Positions 25,063 to 39,438 of a stretch of 64,000 nt of DNA are shown here, piece by piece. The stretch's first letter is position 1. Each line of letters begins with the position of its first letter. The DNA is taken from assembly GCF_009914755.1 (NCBI RefSeq), contig NC_060925.1; one strand, written 5' to 3'. The position numbers and the translations under genes are program-made. The notes below the pieces were generated by a model. The model searched no databases and had not been told where the DNA came from. It saw only the letters and a program-made list of their open reading frames with translations. This stretch comes from the human T2T-CHM13v2.0 reference genome, Homo sapiens.

Positions 25063-26292
25063 TGCTACAAGAGCATCACCACTATTTTATAGTGGGAATA
25101 AAAAGTAGATGGCCAAACAGAACATTCTGGAAAGAAATGAAATTACAGGAAAATCAAGTGACACGTTCAAGTAAAATTTGACCAACCTTGCCTTTTGTTT
25201 TCTCCCAGCATATTTAGGAGACAGAATATAGTAAATTGAAGCATGAATAGTTTTGATTGCAGTAATTTATGAAGACCGATGAAGGAATGGTAGGTCTTGA
25301 TTAGAGGGGAAGGGGATAATAGGCATTTTAACCCAAGGGAATGTCCAGTGTCAGCAGTGGCAGGAAAATGCATAGTTCACTCTGTGAGACTGGGGTGTTG
25401 GTCACGTTCTGTTTGAAAGGATATTGTGGGAGATGAGACTTTAGAGGCTATGGATGCCCAGATGCTCAGTTTCTCCTGAGATGCTAGTTCAAATCCAAGA
25501 TTTTGAAATCTTCCAGTAAGTGTAACAAACCCACACTAAAACTGTCTGGCCAATTAATTGGTGGCTTGAGTAACTGAGTGGGTTCTGATAGCTCCATGTT
25601 TTACTTTCTTTCTAATCTTCTCTTTGCTTTCCTGTTTTGCAATTTCTTGCTGCAGTTGAAACATGGACAATAAAAATGAAATAGACAATCTGTTGAATGT
25701 TGAACTTTATTTTCTTTTGGTTTACATACACCGTGCACCATTATAGGGAAAAGAAAAAGACTTGAGATGGGTCTGGAGAGACATCTTAGTAAAGCTTTTT
25801 CCTAGCAAGCTTGGAGCAATGTAAGAACAGGTTGCTGAGGAGAGAGAATAGGATACCTCCCTTTTGTTAAGTTCATCTGGGTGTCATTCATGATCTAGGA
25901 ATGTGCAAGCAGTCTAGGTAAGATTTAGGTTTAAATAACTCTCATAAGGGTAACTTTGAATTTCCAAAGAGACATTGTGGAGAAAAGTGCTCCTTGCAGA
26001 CGAAATAGATACGGAAGTTTGTCTTGGAAGTGGTATACTATTAACTAAATTGATCAGGCAAACTGAAGAGGGTGGGCAATTTTAAGCACCAAATCTGCAA
26101 AGGATATTAAAAACATAATGCAATTAAAATCACTGCCCTGGGTATGAGCAGGTCTATAGATTAACTTGAGGGGGACAAAACAGTTCATAAGTATAAATCA
26201 GGTGTTAGTTTCCTCTGCTTAAATAAACTTGGTTGACTTTAGCAGAATATTGCTGCTGCTCGGAAATGTTGGCCAGCCCCAACAGCTGTATT

Positions 26293-26720
26293 TCTTTTCC
26301 TAAAACTTTGTATATTGTGATAATATTAGATTTACAGAAGAATTGCAGAGATGATACAGAGTGTTCTCAAATATTGTCCGCCCAGCTTTCTTTAATATAG
26401 CATCATGCATAACTGTAGTACACTTCTCAAAACTCAGAAATTAAAAAGGGTACAATACTATCAACTAAACTACAGACTTTATTGAAGTCTTCCTTTTTTC
26501 ACCCTACTAATGTCCTGTTTCTGTTCCAGAATCCAATTCAGGAAACCACATTGCATTTAGTTATTCTATCTCCTTAGTCTCTTTCAACCTATGAAAATGT
26601 CTTGGTCTTCCCTTGTCTTTCATGACCTTTACAATTTGGGGGAGTGCTGATGAGGTATTTTATAGAATGTCACTCAGGTTGCATGTATCTGATGTCTTCT
26701 CATGATTATGCTGAGGTTAT
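26293..26720 (-). mobile_element. L1MC-type 3' fragment
   Basis: 'tagatttacagaagaattgcagagatgatacagag...ctaaactacagactttatt...taatgtcc...accacattgcatttag'. Confidence 0.75.
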
Positions 26721-28234
26721 AAATAATTGTCCTTTTAGAGCTAAATAACCTTTTTCCTCTTATCTAGCTTTCTGCTAGCTACCTAGTAGTGGGATGTTTT
26801 CTTCTTACTGTAATTCTTAAGAATCCAAATTTATCTATTCAGTTACTGGCCTTAGAGGACTCATTTTATTTTCCTTAAACAACAAAGTCAACAAGAACGT
26901 CTTTGCTGTGGGCGAAATACACTAAATATTGATGGTGTAGAGGTCAGAAATAAAATGATGCCATCATTAGGGAGAAGGAAGAGCTCACATTTTACTGACT
27001 GTCTGAGAAAGCAGAACTTAAACACCCATCACATTTTATCATTGCCAGTGACTATTGGACAGTTATAGGATGGGTTATTTCTTATGAAGAAGAAGTTGCT
27101 CTCCTTTCCTAGAAATGATTTTCCAAAGAATTTTCAATATAAAATATAATTTAAAGAGAAAACAATTATTAACTCCAGACATCTCTCAACCTGATAGATA
27201 AGACACAGTTTTTTTTTCCAGTGAAATAATCTAATTGAGTTTAGCTGAAATACTGTTTTCCAGTGCCCATGATGCTTGATTTAGCATCTTGAATGAAAAT
27301 AGTTTCCAGGACTAAAAAAAAAAGACAATAAATTTGGATTTTTGAAGAGGCCATCAACTATATACAGACATCTCAATTTATTACTTTCTGACATGGTAAT
27401 TAAGTGGCATGATTTAGTTTTGTAACAGCTTTCTTTCTTCATGCAAATGTGAAATTTTACTTTTATATGTGTATAGATCAAAAACAGACAATAAAACTAT
27501 ACAAATTGCAATGTAACTATAGACCTCATAACGTTAGTTGAATAAGCAATTTCCAGAATGTGGGTTGAGGTGGGATGGACTAGTCGAATATTAAGTTTTC
27601 GTCTTTTTTCTAATACAGTATTGGGGACATATTATTTTATTGTGGGGCAGAAGGTGCAATCCCACTTTGGACCTTTATGAGAAGCAAGGGGGGAAGGTAT
27701 CAGGGAATTTTTTTCTTTTTTTATTGCAAGAAACACAGTTTTCGATCTTTGTTGAGTCCTGGGATTGGAATAGCCATTTTCCTTGTGAGAGTTTGGTAAG
27801 AGTGTGTGACCCTGCTGTGCTGCGGTGAGACATGTAGCTCCTTTCTGGTGACCTACCTCCCTAAAAGGGGAGCTAGGCCTCTATACACAGCAAAGGTAAG
27901 CCCTTGGAACAGGAGCCCCTTTCATCACCATGTCTCCCAAAATAGTGCAGGATATTTGGTTAAGTAACACAACAATTGGGTGGCAATCTACCAGAAAGAG
28001 GCAGACTCTCAAGATAAAGGAAGAGGGTTATACTGTGTTGGTTACACATCAACTCTAGACTCTGAGAGAGTCTGAGAATATTCCATAATAAGACTGGCCA
28101 AGAGTTTGGTGCTATAGGCCACAGTAGCTTCCCTTAAGGCTAGAGTCCAAGTTGATGTCTTAAAGTAGATTTAGTGAGCAGTCAAGAACAATGTACCAAC
28201 AATTCCTTGAGCCTTTTATTGAATCAAGGTGCGT

Positions 28235-28236
<2 letters not shown>

Positions 28237-28272
<36 letters not shown>
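28237..28272. repeat. (GT)n microsatellite
   Basis: Direct observation. Confidence 0.97.
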
Positions 28273-28274
<2 letters not shown>

Positions 28275-28442
28275 TTAGCGGTGAGGGGTGAAAGTTTAAT
28301 AATTGGCTATTTCTAGAGGGTTGGTAAAAAGGAAAGAAAACCACATCTAGGTCATAGAATACTCATTCCAGAGGTATCTAATGATAGGAAATTGTCAGAG
28401 TCCTCATTGTTCAGGCTTGGCACAGCCAACATGGTTATTCTA

Positions 28443-28922
<480 letters not shown>

Positions 28923-29213
28923 CTAATATTCAGATAATGAGAAAATATTAAGTGCCTTATTTTATTTATTTTTTCTTTTTAACCTTTATTTTAGGTTTGG
29001 GGGTTAGGTGCCTCATCTTAAAAGTAGGAACAATGTAGTAAACTGTGTAAATTTCCAGTTGTAGTGAAATGTGGAGGGAATATAGTCTAATGGAGGAGAC
29101 CAACTTGAAAATAAATGGTTGTAATGCAGTGTGATAAATTATCTTGGGAACTTAGCAGGAGAACTGCCTCTTCTTTGAGGAGTTAAAGAAAACTACTCAA
29201 GAGTGGGATTTTG

Positions 29214-29519
<306 letters not shown>

Positions 29520-29599
29520 AAGAGTGAGATTTTGAACCCTGCATGGAATTGTATTTACCAAAGCAAAGTAGAAAGCACCTTTGAGGCAGAAGACATGGA

Positions 29600-29980
29600 A
29601 GTTCTGTAGGGAAATTGCAATAGGGTTGCAAAACAGGGTCGGGGAGCATGAATGAAACAGGCAGTCAATGAGGATGGAAGGGAAGACTGGAACCAGTTTA
29701 CAAGATGTGTAAGGAGTGTGGACTTTATTCTGTAGAGAAGTGTGGCAATTATGTATTAATTTTAGAAGAACAATGATGCAAAGAGAAGATGGATTGAAAA
29801 AGGCAGTATCAGAGGCAGAAAATCCAGTTAGGAGGCTGTTGCTATATCATCATCTAGAAAAAAAAATGGAGGCTTGAACCAAGGCAATGGTGATGCAAAG
29901 AGATACAAAATGGTTTTATAACCATTCAGTGCGTGAAAGAGCCAACCTTGGTGAAGATGGGTGAGTGGTAAGAAGAAAGA
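29600..29980 (-). mobile_element. L2 fragment
   Basis: 'taaggagtgtggactttattctg...ccagttaggaggctgttgc...ggaggcttgaaccaaggcaatgg'. Confidence 0.65.
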
Positions 29981-30057
29981 AGAATAATAAGTATTAGCTT
30001 TTTTATTTTTTTACCTTTAGCAATTCCTGTTATTTCAAACAGGAAATTAATAGCTGA

Positions 30058-30364
30058 GGCCAGGCGCAGTGGCTCACGCCTGTAATCCCAGAAGTTTTGG
30101 AGGCCGAGGTGGGTGGATCACCTGAGGTCAGGAGATAGGGACCATCCTGGCCAACATGGTGAACCCCGTCTCTACTAAAAATACAAAAATTAGCTGGCCG
30201 TGGTGGCACGCGCCTGTAATCCCAGCTACTCCGGAGGCTGAGGCAGGAGAATCACTTGAATCTGGGAAGTGGAGGTTGCAGTGAGCCAAGTTGCGCCACT
30301 GCACTCCAGCCTGGGTGAGACAGAGAGATTTCGTCTCAAAAAAAAAAAAAAAAAAAAAGAAAAA
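30058..30364 (+). mobile_element. AluS
   Basis: Full Alu with A tail. Confidence 0.97.
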
Positions 30365-30380
30365 TATGCTGCTCTAAAAT

Positions 30381-30431
30381 ACACACACACACACTTTCTC
30401 TCTGTCTCTCTCTTTCTCTCTCTCTCTCTCT
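30381..30431. repeat. (CA)n(CT)n compound microsatellite
   Basis: Direct observation. Confidence 0.9.
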
Positions 30432-32280
30432 AGAGAGCCATTAAGCAAGCTAGAGTCAATGTTGCAAAATGATCACAATAGCTGAATTTAGGTGATGAGC
30501 ATAAGAGTGCTTATTGTACTGTCCTTTTCCACCTTTCTGCAGTTTAGGAATTTTTTCTAAATTGCAAAGTTGTCAACGATTTGAGCTATTGACATGACTG
30601 AATCAAGTGCATCTGAAGAACCAGCGTTCCAGGACAAGTCGGAGTGCTGCTGCCCTGGCTCTCACCACTTCCCTTCTCCTTCCTCCTCCATCACTGCCAC
30701 AGCACAGCCATTCTTTGTGCATTGTATCTAATAAGGCAGAATGACGAACAGAATGCCAACTCAATACATAGGTTTATACTACAAATTCACATAACCTCAG
30801 AATTAGAATATTTTATCATATATTAGAAATCACAGCAACTTCTACATAGCTAGCATGCCTAACAGACATGTTCCCAATTATTGCATTTTTTACATTATTC
30901 TTCTCTTATTTGGCACTTCCTAATTACATCCTGTGTATTATCCACATGCTATCTGTTCACTCCACAATTTTCACCTGTATCCAAATAGACAAAGACACAT
31001 GATCAAACTCTTCACATTTCTTTGCTTTACTCTTTAGTATCCTGCTGCAGCCTGTCATTTTTTATAACCAGCATTAACAATTCTTGTAGCTGAAAGGTAA
31101 TGAATTCCGAAAACAGAAGTATCTCAAAGCGGGAAGCCTTGACTCATCTATGGTTTTGAATCTTGTGTTCAATGGTAATTTCTATTACATCAAATTTACT
31201 TTGTTTACATATTGCACTAAGGTGTTTAAAATCAAAGACTTTTATCTTGGTTTTAATATGTCCACAAAATATGGGTGTGTTTGTGTGTGTGCACATACAA
31301 GTATGTTATAGTTGTACTTTATATTTTTTATTTCTGAGATTTTACTTTATTTGCATTTTTATTTAGGTCTGAGATTCAGCCTCTTCTGTTGCCTGTAACC
31401 TGAGGTTAGGATTGTGTCTATTTCTTTGTGCCTCTTACTTCCTTCCAATCCCTTTCCTATCTCCAGGCTACAGTGCCATGAATGTGATGGAAAGCAGTGG
31501 ACCCACTGAATTACTCCAGGTTTTAAGTGAATACCCTGAACAAGCTAGGGCAGCTGAGCAGAAATGGATAACTGAATGTTCTAATCAAATAAAATGACAA
31601 CAAAGCAGGTTTAGACCATTTTTCATGAATGAGTTGATTCCTATCCTGCATGGTAATTAGATATGTATAGTAAGCCACTCAGATACGTGCCAGAGATTTT
31701 TATTTCATTTCCAACTGAAACGGGTGAAAGGAGATTTTTCATAAGGTAGAGTTTTTCTCCCTTTTAAAATTCCCTCTTTCTAGGTTGAATGAGTGACTAA
31801 AAAATAAAAAAAAAAAAACTAAAAACATAAATTCCTCCTTTCTTGCTTTTTTTTTTTTTGCTTCCATGATAACTTCCAGTTAAAAAGTACTAACAATTTC
31901 AATTTCAAGTAGTTGGATTGCTAAACTACCTTGTTTGGGGGCAAATTTGCAGAGCTACTTCTGGTCCCCCACTATACTTTGGTGTTGACCCTGACCCTTG
32001 GCATCATCTCTGAGTGTGGATGGGGCCACCTCACTTTGGTCCTCATTTCTATTGATATGTGGAGTCTCTCAGTTGCTAGGGAAAAGATGGGAAAAGAGCA
32101 GGAGTGCAGGGATCTTCTGGGAATGGTGGTACTGGACAGTTTGAGTTTAAAAGTTACTGCAACATGTTGAATAAACTGAAATGGCTCCAGTCAAAACTGG
32201 TTGTTGGGAAAGGACAAAGGGACATTGGAGCAAAAACTGGACTTGAGGTGGAGATAGTGGGGAAAGGACGGGATAGCCAT

Positions 32281-32373
32281 ATTGGTTACGTGCCTTTACG
32301 TGGGTCTAGGATGTTATATATAAGCCCTGGCTCTTGCTATTCTGTGGCCTGATTTTGGAATCCTCCTGAGTCA
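32281..32373 (+). promoter_or_regulatory. Candidate TATA promoter: inverted CCAAT, two TACGTG, TATATAA, AP-1
   Basis: ATTGG 32281-85; TACGTG 32287-92 and 32297-302; TATATAA 32317-23; TGAGTCA 32367-73 (motifs only, no expression data). Confidence 0.3.
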
Positions 32374-32720
32374 GTCTGGTCACCACAGGCATGACTCTGA
32401 GAAAGTGATTGCAGTGTGTAAGCTAAAGATCTGTGCCACTAAAGAGGTTATGATTAAAACTCAGATGTCCTCTGGCTTGGAGCTTTTATCAGTGAGTAAA
32501 GCTAGGGGGAAAGGGCATCTTTTTTCTTTGAATCTTGAGAAACTCCTGTAGGACCAGCAGCAGTGGTTTTTTGCTCCTGTTACCATATTGTTTCTCATGA
32601 TGGTAAGGACCTTGCACTGGGTTATCCACCAGTCTGGGCAAAGGCACTCATAGAGCAACAGCAACATTTACAGTAGCAGTGGATGGTGGTGCCCTTTCAA
32701 TCCACAGACAAGATTTTCTG

Positions 32721-33046
<326 letters not shown>

Positions 33047-33649
33047 TCACTGGTGAGGTGATAGATACCAAAACATCACTTTGAGCTGAGTAAGCACTGG
33101 GATACTTTGAGTTACCATTCAAGAGAGAGAAGGTAGGGAAGAATATACTCCTTACCCAGATCAGATGGAAAATATAGACTTGTGTAAGCAGTATGGAGGT
33201 ATTGACAAGTGCTCCTTAACAGAGCGTGAAAAGCTTGACAGGCATTCGGAGATTTGACCTCCGAGCATATTATTGTAATAGTTCCAATAACCCAGGTTAA
33301 AAAAGAATAAATTTGTGCAAGAATAATATTTTTGCAATAACTTTCAAAAATAAATGATGTATAAAACTTTTGTAAATTCTCATCCTATGATTTCATCCTG
33401 ATTTGAATAAGTAGCAAAAAAAAAAAAATTAATGAGCAAGTACAAGTTTATGGGATTGTAAGCAGGGATTTCCCTCCCTCTTCCTAGCATAAATCTCTGA
33501 ACAGAGGAGATGCTTCTTTGACCATTATTCTGTTTCCCTAAACTTCCTTGGAGAATTCCTGATTATTCTTGTGGCTTACTAGAGTGAGGACTCCAGAAAT
33601 GGTGAGATTTTAATAATTCAATGAATGCATCATTCCAGGAGCCTATTTT

Positions 33650-34192
33650 GGGGGATATTTGTTGGTTGTTTCCCCATCACATGCCTTATCTTCTCCTGGT
33701 GAGTTTGCTCACTCTCATTTTGGCTTTATGGATTGGGTGACCTTGACCCCCTTCAAGTTCTAGGTTCTTGATTGGTTCTTGATTGGCTTCAGTAAATTGG
33801 GTTATCCTAACCCTGAGCCCACAGTGGCTGGTTCAAGGACAGGCACGTAATCCAGTCAGCGCCAATGAGATTTGAAGACACATTTCCTGGAGCACCTCAG
33901 TATTTTTTTCCCTGTGGAATCCATCCCAAAAGATTCTCATTCCCAGTGCCCAAAGATGAGGAAAGCTGGCCCTGAGAACAACTGGCAGCCACCCTGGGAC
34001 CATGTGGAGAGGGTCTGCCTAGAATCAGATCCAAAAGCACTGATGTTGTCCCAGAAAACAGACAGGGGAAAACTGGATCCTGAATAGATTCAAACGTTGA
34101 ATTAAGCACTGAAATATTTTTCAAACTATGATGTAAGCCCATTTTAATTGGATTTTCTTTTATTTGAACTGTGAAGGGTCTGAAATGATATA
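33650..34192 (+). mobile_element. Old MaLR LTR (MLT1K/L-like)
   Basis: 'cacagtggctggttcaaggacaggcacg...ccaatgaga...ggcagccacc...taagcccattttaattggattttc'. Confidence 0.6.
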
Positions 34193-35375
34193 GAGACAAA
34201 ATGATTCCTAGACTCGAGAAAAGAACTCTTAACTGTAGTTTTGCTAGTGGTCACAATATATCTAAAGGAAAGAAATCATGGTCACAAGGAATGCGGTCAG
34301 TATACCCATGGCTTAGGGTTGGAAGGAAAAGTGGCAATTCTTTTTAAGAGATGGTGCATCTGTGCAAAAGGACATCTTACATTCTCTGTTGAGGGGTTGG
34401 CCTATGGTTGTGCTTTCCCAGAGCTCAGATAAAACATACCCCCAAACCACTTTACCTTTATTGTTAGACTTAACAAGATCGCAGAGCAAAATTATGATGA
34501 ATAATTCAGGTTTTAGAAGCCCTGGTATGGTGAGGGTAGGGTGTCTTAAGTAAAAACTGAAGCATTATGGTCATTAAAAAGTCATAGGTCCTATTTTTGA
34601 TTAGCTTTTTACTTTATGTACCATTTGGTGGGTATATGTTAACTGGTGTGGGTACTTAGTTCTTAGTTAGCAAGTGGCTGAGGGTACATTAAGAAAATCC
34701 AGTATGAAAAGCTGGGGATTAGACATTAAAACATGGTACCTCAATAGAGGTGCAGGCAAGGATATCCTGCCTGACTTCCTCAGGGGGGTACCTTAACTCT
34801 ACTTTTTGTGACTCTGTTTAGAATTCACGATATGCTTCACAGGGAAGAATAAAAATATATGTATGTGTGTCTCTAACAGAAGACATATGATATGACCTCA
34901 CAGGCATGAACCCTCAATGTAAAGTATGGCAGATGTGTTATACAAGGTTGATTATTTCATCAAAGATGCTATGGAAATTATTAAGCATGTGAGTCTCTTC
35001 AGACTTCAGGCAATGCAGGCACAAAATGATAAAGAAAAAGTGTCTTTTCTCTTTAGAAAACAAAAAAGTTTGAAATGATAAATACTAGTTATAAATAAGT
35101 AATAAAAACTGTCAGTGGAAAAGCACATATCTAGAATCATATTCTCCTGCTCCAACTGTCAATGTAACTCTCACTGGTTTAATTTTAAAATTCCTTAAAA
35201 GTACTGTTTCCTTAGCTTAGGCATTACCATCTTGAATAAAGTTTGTTCTGGTATGGGATAAAAGAAAAACTTTTTATTATTGAAAAGTTAAATTGAGTAT
35301 TTCTAAGTCCAGAGTTTCATTCTTAAAAAAATAAATTAAGACTCAAGATTTTTCTGGTTAAAGCAGTTATTTTCA

Positions 35376-35420
35376 AGTCAGGTATTTAAAGTCCTCAGTC
35401 AGGTATTTAAAGTCCTCAGT
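35376..35420. repeat. Perfect 21-bp tandem duplication
   Basis: agtcaggtatttaaagtcctc x2 (+agt). Confidence 0.95.
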
Positions 35421-36663
35421 ATAAATTTTCTAACATTAAATTTTACTTTATAATGAAAGTAGTACATGCAATTATTGAAATTTTCTAGGCAACAAATGCT
35501 CCTTGACAAGATACTGAATATTCATGGGACAAGGAATTTCCAAACTAAAGTCTTAACCTACACCTAAATGAGACCAGCTATTCTTTATGTCCCTATGCAA
35601 AAGCCTGTGGAAGGCTTTTCCAAGTGATGGTTGGTCACAGGGCACTTGGATCAGAATAACTGGGGAGACTTCCATTTCTAGTTAGGATGGACAAAATCAC
35701 AGGAGACAATTGCTTCTATGCTACTAAGAACAAGCCAAATAGGCGGCAAGCTACAAAATCCTAGTTTAAGAAGTCAATTAGAGAGTTCAGGACAGAAATA
35801 GACCTAAATAAACTAAAATATAGAAAGTGGTAAGTCTTTCCTAGGAGCTGAGAGGCATTCCTGTTTTTCATACCTGGCAGAGTGGTGAGGGTGGGAGGAA
35901 TCCATCATAGATGGGGTAAGAAAAAACCAGTAGAATTCTTAACAAATTTTTAATAGCATGTTTGGGCTGATAAGATACATTCTGTATCTTACATACATAC
36001 AATCTGAGGAGCCCAAGACATAATTTGAGCCTGCACATACCCACCATCTCTTCCCAATTTTCTCTCACTGAGTGGATCAGGGTTGTGTGCCAAATGCTGG
36101 GGCAGGTAAGACTGCTGAGATAAAACCTCTCCAGAGACTCTTGAGATATCACTATAGACACTTGAATAATAAAAGGATGTTATGAACAACTTTATGCAAT
36201 AACTTTAATAAATAAGATAAAATTGAAATCTTTGAAAAAATACAACATATCAAAATTGACAGGAGACAAAGTAGAAAATCTAAATAGCCCTGCATATCAT
36301 CTGTTAAAGTCATAATACAGTCATATATTGAAGTCATAATAGAGAACCTTCCCTAAAACAAACTCCAGGCCCAGATGTCTTCACTGGTGAATTCTAGAAA
36401 ACATTTAGGAATAAATATTACCAATATTTCATAAGCTCTTTCAGAAAATAAAGGATGATAAAATACTTCCCAGTTCATTTGATGAGGTCATCATAACTCT
36501 GTTGCCAAAACACAAAAGAGGTATTAAAAATATTATAGACCAATATCTCTCTTGAACATAGATGCAAAAATCCTGAAGAAATTACTAATGAATCAAAAAT
36601 AGCCACATAGTACATTGTGACCAAGTGGAACTTATCCCCATAATGCGGTATTAATTTAACATT

Positions 36664-37042
36664 TGTATTCATTTGTTCTCACATTGCTATAAATAACTAC
36701 CTGAGACTGGGTAATTTATAAAGAAAAGAGGTGTTATTGGCTCATGGTTCTGCAGGCTATACAGGAAGAATGGCTGGAGGCCTCAGGAAACTTACAAACA
36801 TAGTGGAAGGCAAAGGGGAAGCATGCATGTCTTCATACAGTTGGAGCAGGAGAGAGAGTGAAGGGGGAAGTGCTACATACTTTTAAGCAACCAGATTTCA
36901 TGAGAACTTACTCGCTATCACAAAACACAAGGGAGAAATCCACCCCCATGACCCAATCACCTCCCACCAGGTCCCTCCCCCAACATTGGGAATTACAAGT
37001 TGACAGAAGATTTGAGTGGGGACACAGAGCCAAGCCATATCA
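36664..37042 (-). mobile_element. MSTA MaLR solo LTR
   Basis: 'actacctgagactgggtaatttataaagaaaagagg...ggggacacagagccaagccatatca'; 5-bp TSD acatt (36659-63 / 37043-47). Confidence 0.92.
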
Positions 37043-37284
37043 ACATTCAAAAGTCAAACAGTGAAATTCACCAAAATAACACAATAAAGGAGAAAAATTA
37101 TATGATTCAACAGATGGAGGAAGAAGCATTTGACACAATGCAAGTTCATTCATGAAAAAGAATTAACCTATGAGCAAATCAGAGATTGAAAGGAACTTTT
37201 TCTATCTGATAAAGAACACTGACAACCCCTGAAAAACCAGTAGTAAAATTTATACTGAAACATTAAACTCTTCCTCTAATATCA

Positions 37285-37687
<403 letters not shown>

Positions 37688-37688
37688 G

Positions 37689-37738
<50 letters not shown>
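37689..37738. repeat. (TA)n(TG)n microsatellite at Alu tail
   Basis: Direct observation. Confidence 0.95.
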
Positions 37739-37740
<2 letters not shown>

Positions 37741-38009
37741 ATTTGATATATATATTATTTGATATATATGTTATTTGAAGATTACATGATGTGTACCTAT
37801 AAATCTCAGTGGAATTTATAATCACACACACAACTACTAGAAGTAGTAAATATTTACCATTTAGCAAGGTCATAGGATACAAGATCAAAATACAACACTA
37901 ATTCTAAGTACCAAAAATAAATAATTTGAAAATGAGAATAAAAATATCATTTACAGTAGTATGAAAAACCAACACCTGGGAATAAAGCTTGAAACAATCT
38001 TTGAGATCT

Positions 38010-38502
38010 GTCCTGTGGCTGGAGTAACAAATTACGACAAACTGATGGCGTAGAACAAAATACATTTAGTCTCACAGTTCTAGAGGCTGGACATCTAAAT
38101 TTGTATTACTCAGCCAAACCCAAGGTGTTAGCAGGGCAGTGCTCCCTTTAAAGGCTCTGGGTGAGAATACTTTCTTTACCTCTTTGAGCTTCTGGTGGCA
38201 GCCAGCATTCCTTGGCTTATAGCCGTATCCCTCCAATCTTTAGTGGCAATATCTTTAAATCTGCCTCTTACTTGTCTTCACATTGCCTTTTCTTCTGAGG
38301 TTGTATAATCTCCCTCTACCTCACACTTACAAGGATACATGTGATTGCATTTAGGGTCCACCTGAATAATCCAGGACATAACTCCATCACATCTACAGTA
38401 TCCTTATTTTTTTTTTCCCTTGCTATACAAGGTAACATTCACGGGTTCCAAGAATTAGGTAGGATCTGATGTTTTTAGGGGCCATTGTTCAGCCATGTGA
38501 CA
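38010..38502 (-). mobile_element. MLT1C-like MaLR solo LTR
   Basis: 'gtaacaaattac...ctcacagttctagaggctgg...cttctggtggc...gattgcatttagggtccacc...aaggtaacattcacgggttcc'. Confidence 0.85.
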
Positions 38503-39367
38503 CCTGTGGATTTTAACAAAATACCTATTAGAAATAGTTAGTATTTAGCAAGATCATCAGATACAAGACCAAAAATCAATGAAAATCAATTATATTTTTA
38601 AATGCTAGCAATAAATAACTTGAAAATGAAAGTTATTTCATTAATGCTACATTTTCAGTAGCATTAAAAAAATTCAATACCTAGGAATAAAGCTAACACA
38701 ATGTGTTCAAGACCTATTCACTGAAAACTAAAATATTGATGAGAATAGTTAAAAATAACCTAACTAAATGTAGAAATACGTCATATATATTACTTGTAAG
38801 ACTCAGTATTATTAAGATACAGATTCAATGTAATCTCAAATTCTCAGCAAAATTGTTTAGGAAATTGACAAGATGATTCTAAAATTTATATGGAAATGCA
38901 AAGGATGTAATGTAGCCAAACAATTTTGAAAAAGGAAGAAAAGTTGAAGCCTTAAAATGATCTAACTTGTTGTAAAGCTATAGCAGTCAACATGGTGTAG
39001 GATTTATGTAAAGATAAATAAATAGATTAATGGAACAGAATAGAGTTCAGACAGAAACCTTTACCTATATTGCCAAGTGATTGTCAATAAAGCTGTTAAG
39101 TCAGTTAGGAAAGCAATGTATTTTTATGAATGATGCTAGAACAACAGGATATACATATGAAAAAAATTGAAATCTGACTCACTCAATATACAAAGAAGTG
39201 ATTAAAAGATCGCAGACCTAAATGTAAAAATTATGATCTAAATCTTTTTGAAGAAAACATAAAAATATATGCTTGTGACTTCAGGGTAGGTAAAGATTTA
39301 TTAGAGATGACACAAACAAATCCCACAAATTACTAAAAGAAAACATTATCAAAATCAAAAGTTTCTG

Positions 39368-39438
39368 GGCCAGGCATGGTGGCTCACATCTGTAATCCCA
39401 GCACTTTGTGAGGCCAAGGCAGGAGGATTGCTTGAGGC
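39368..39438 (+). mobile_element. Alu/FLAM 5' fragment (71 bp)
   Basis: 'ggccaggcatggtggctcac...ggaggattgcttgagg', then abrupt return to L1 sequence. Confidence 0.85.
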
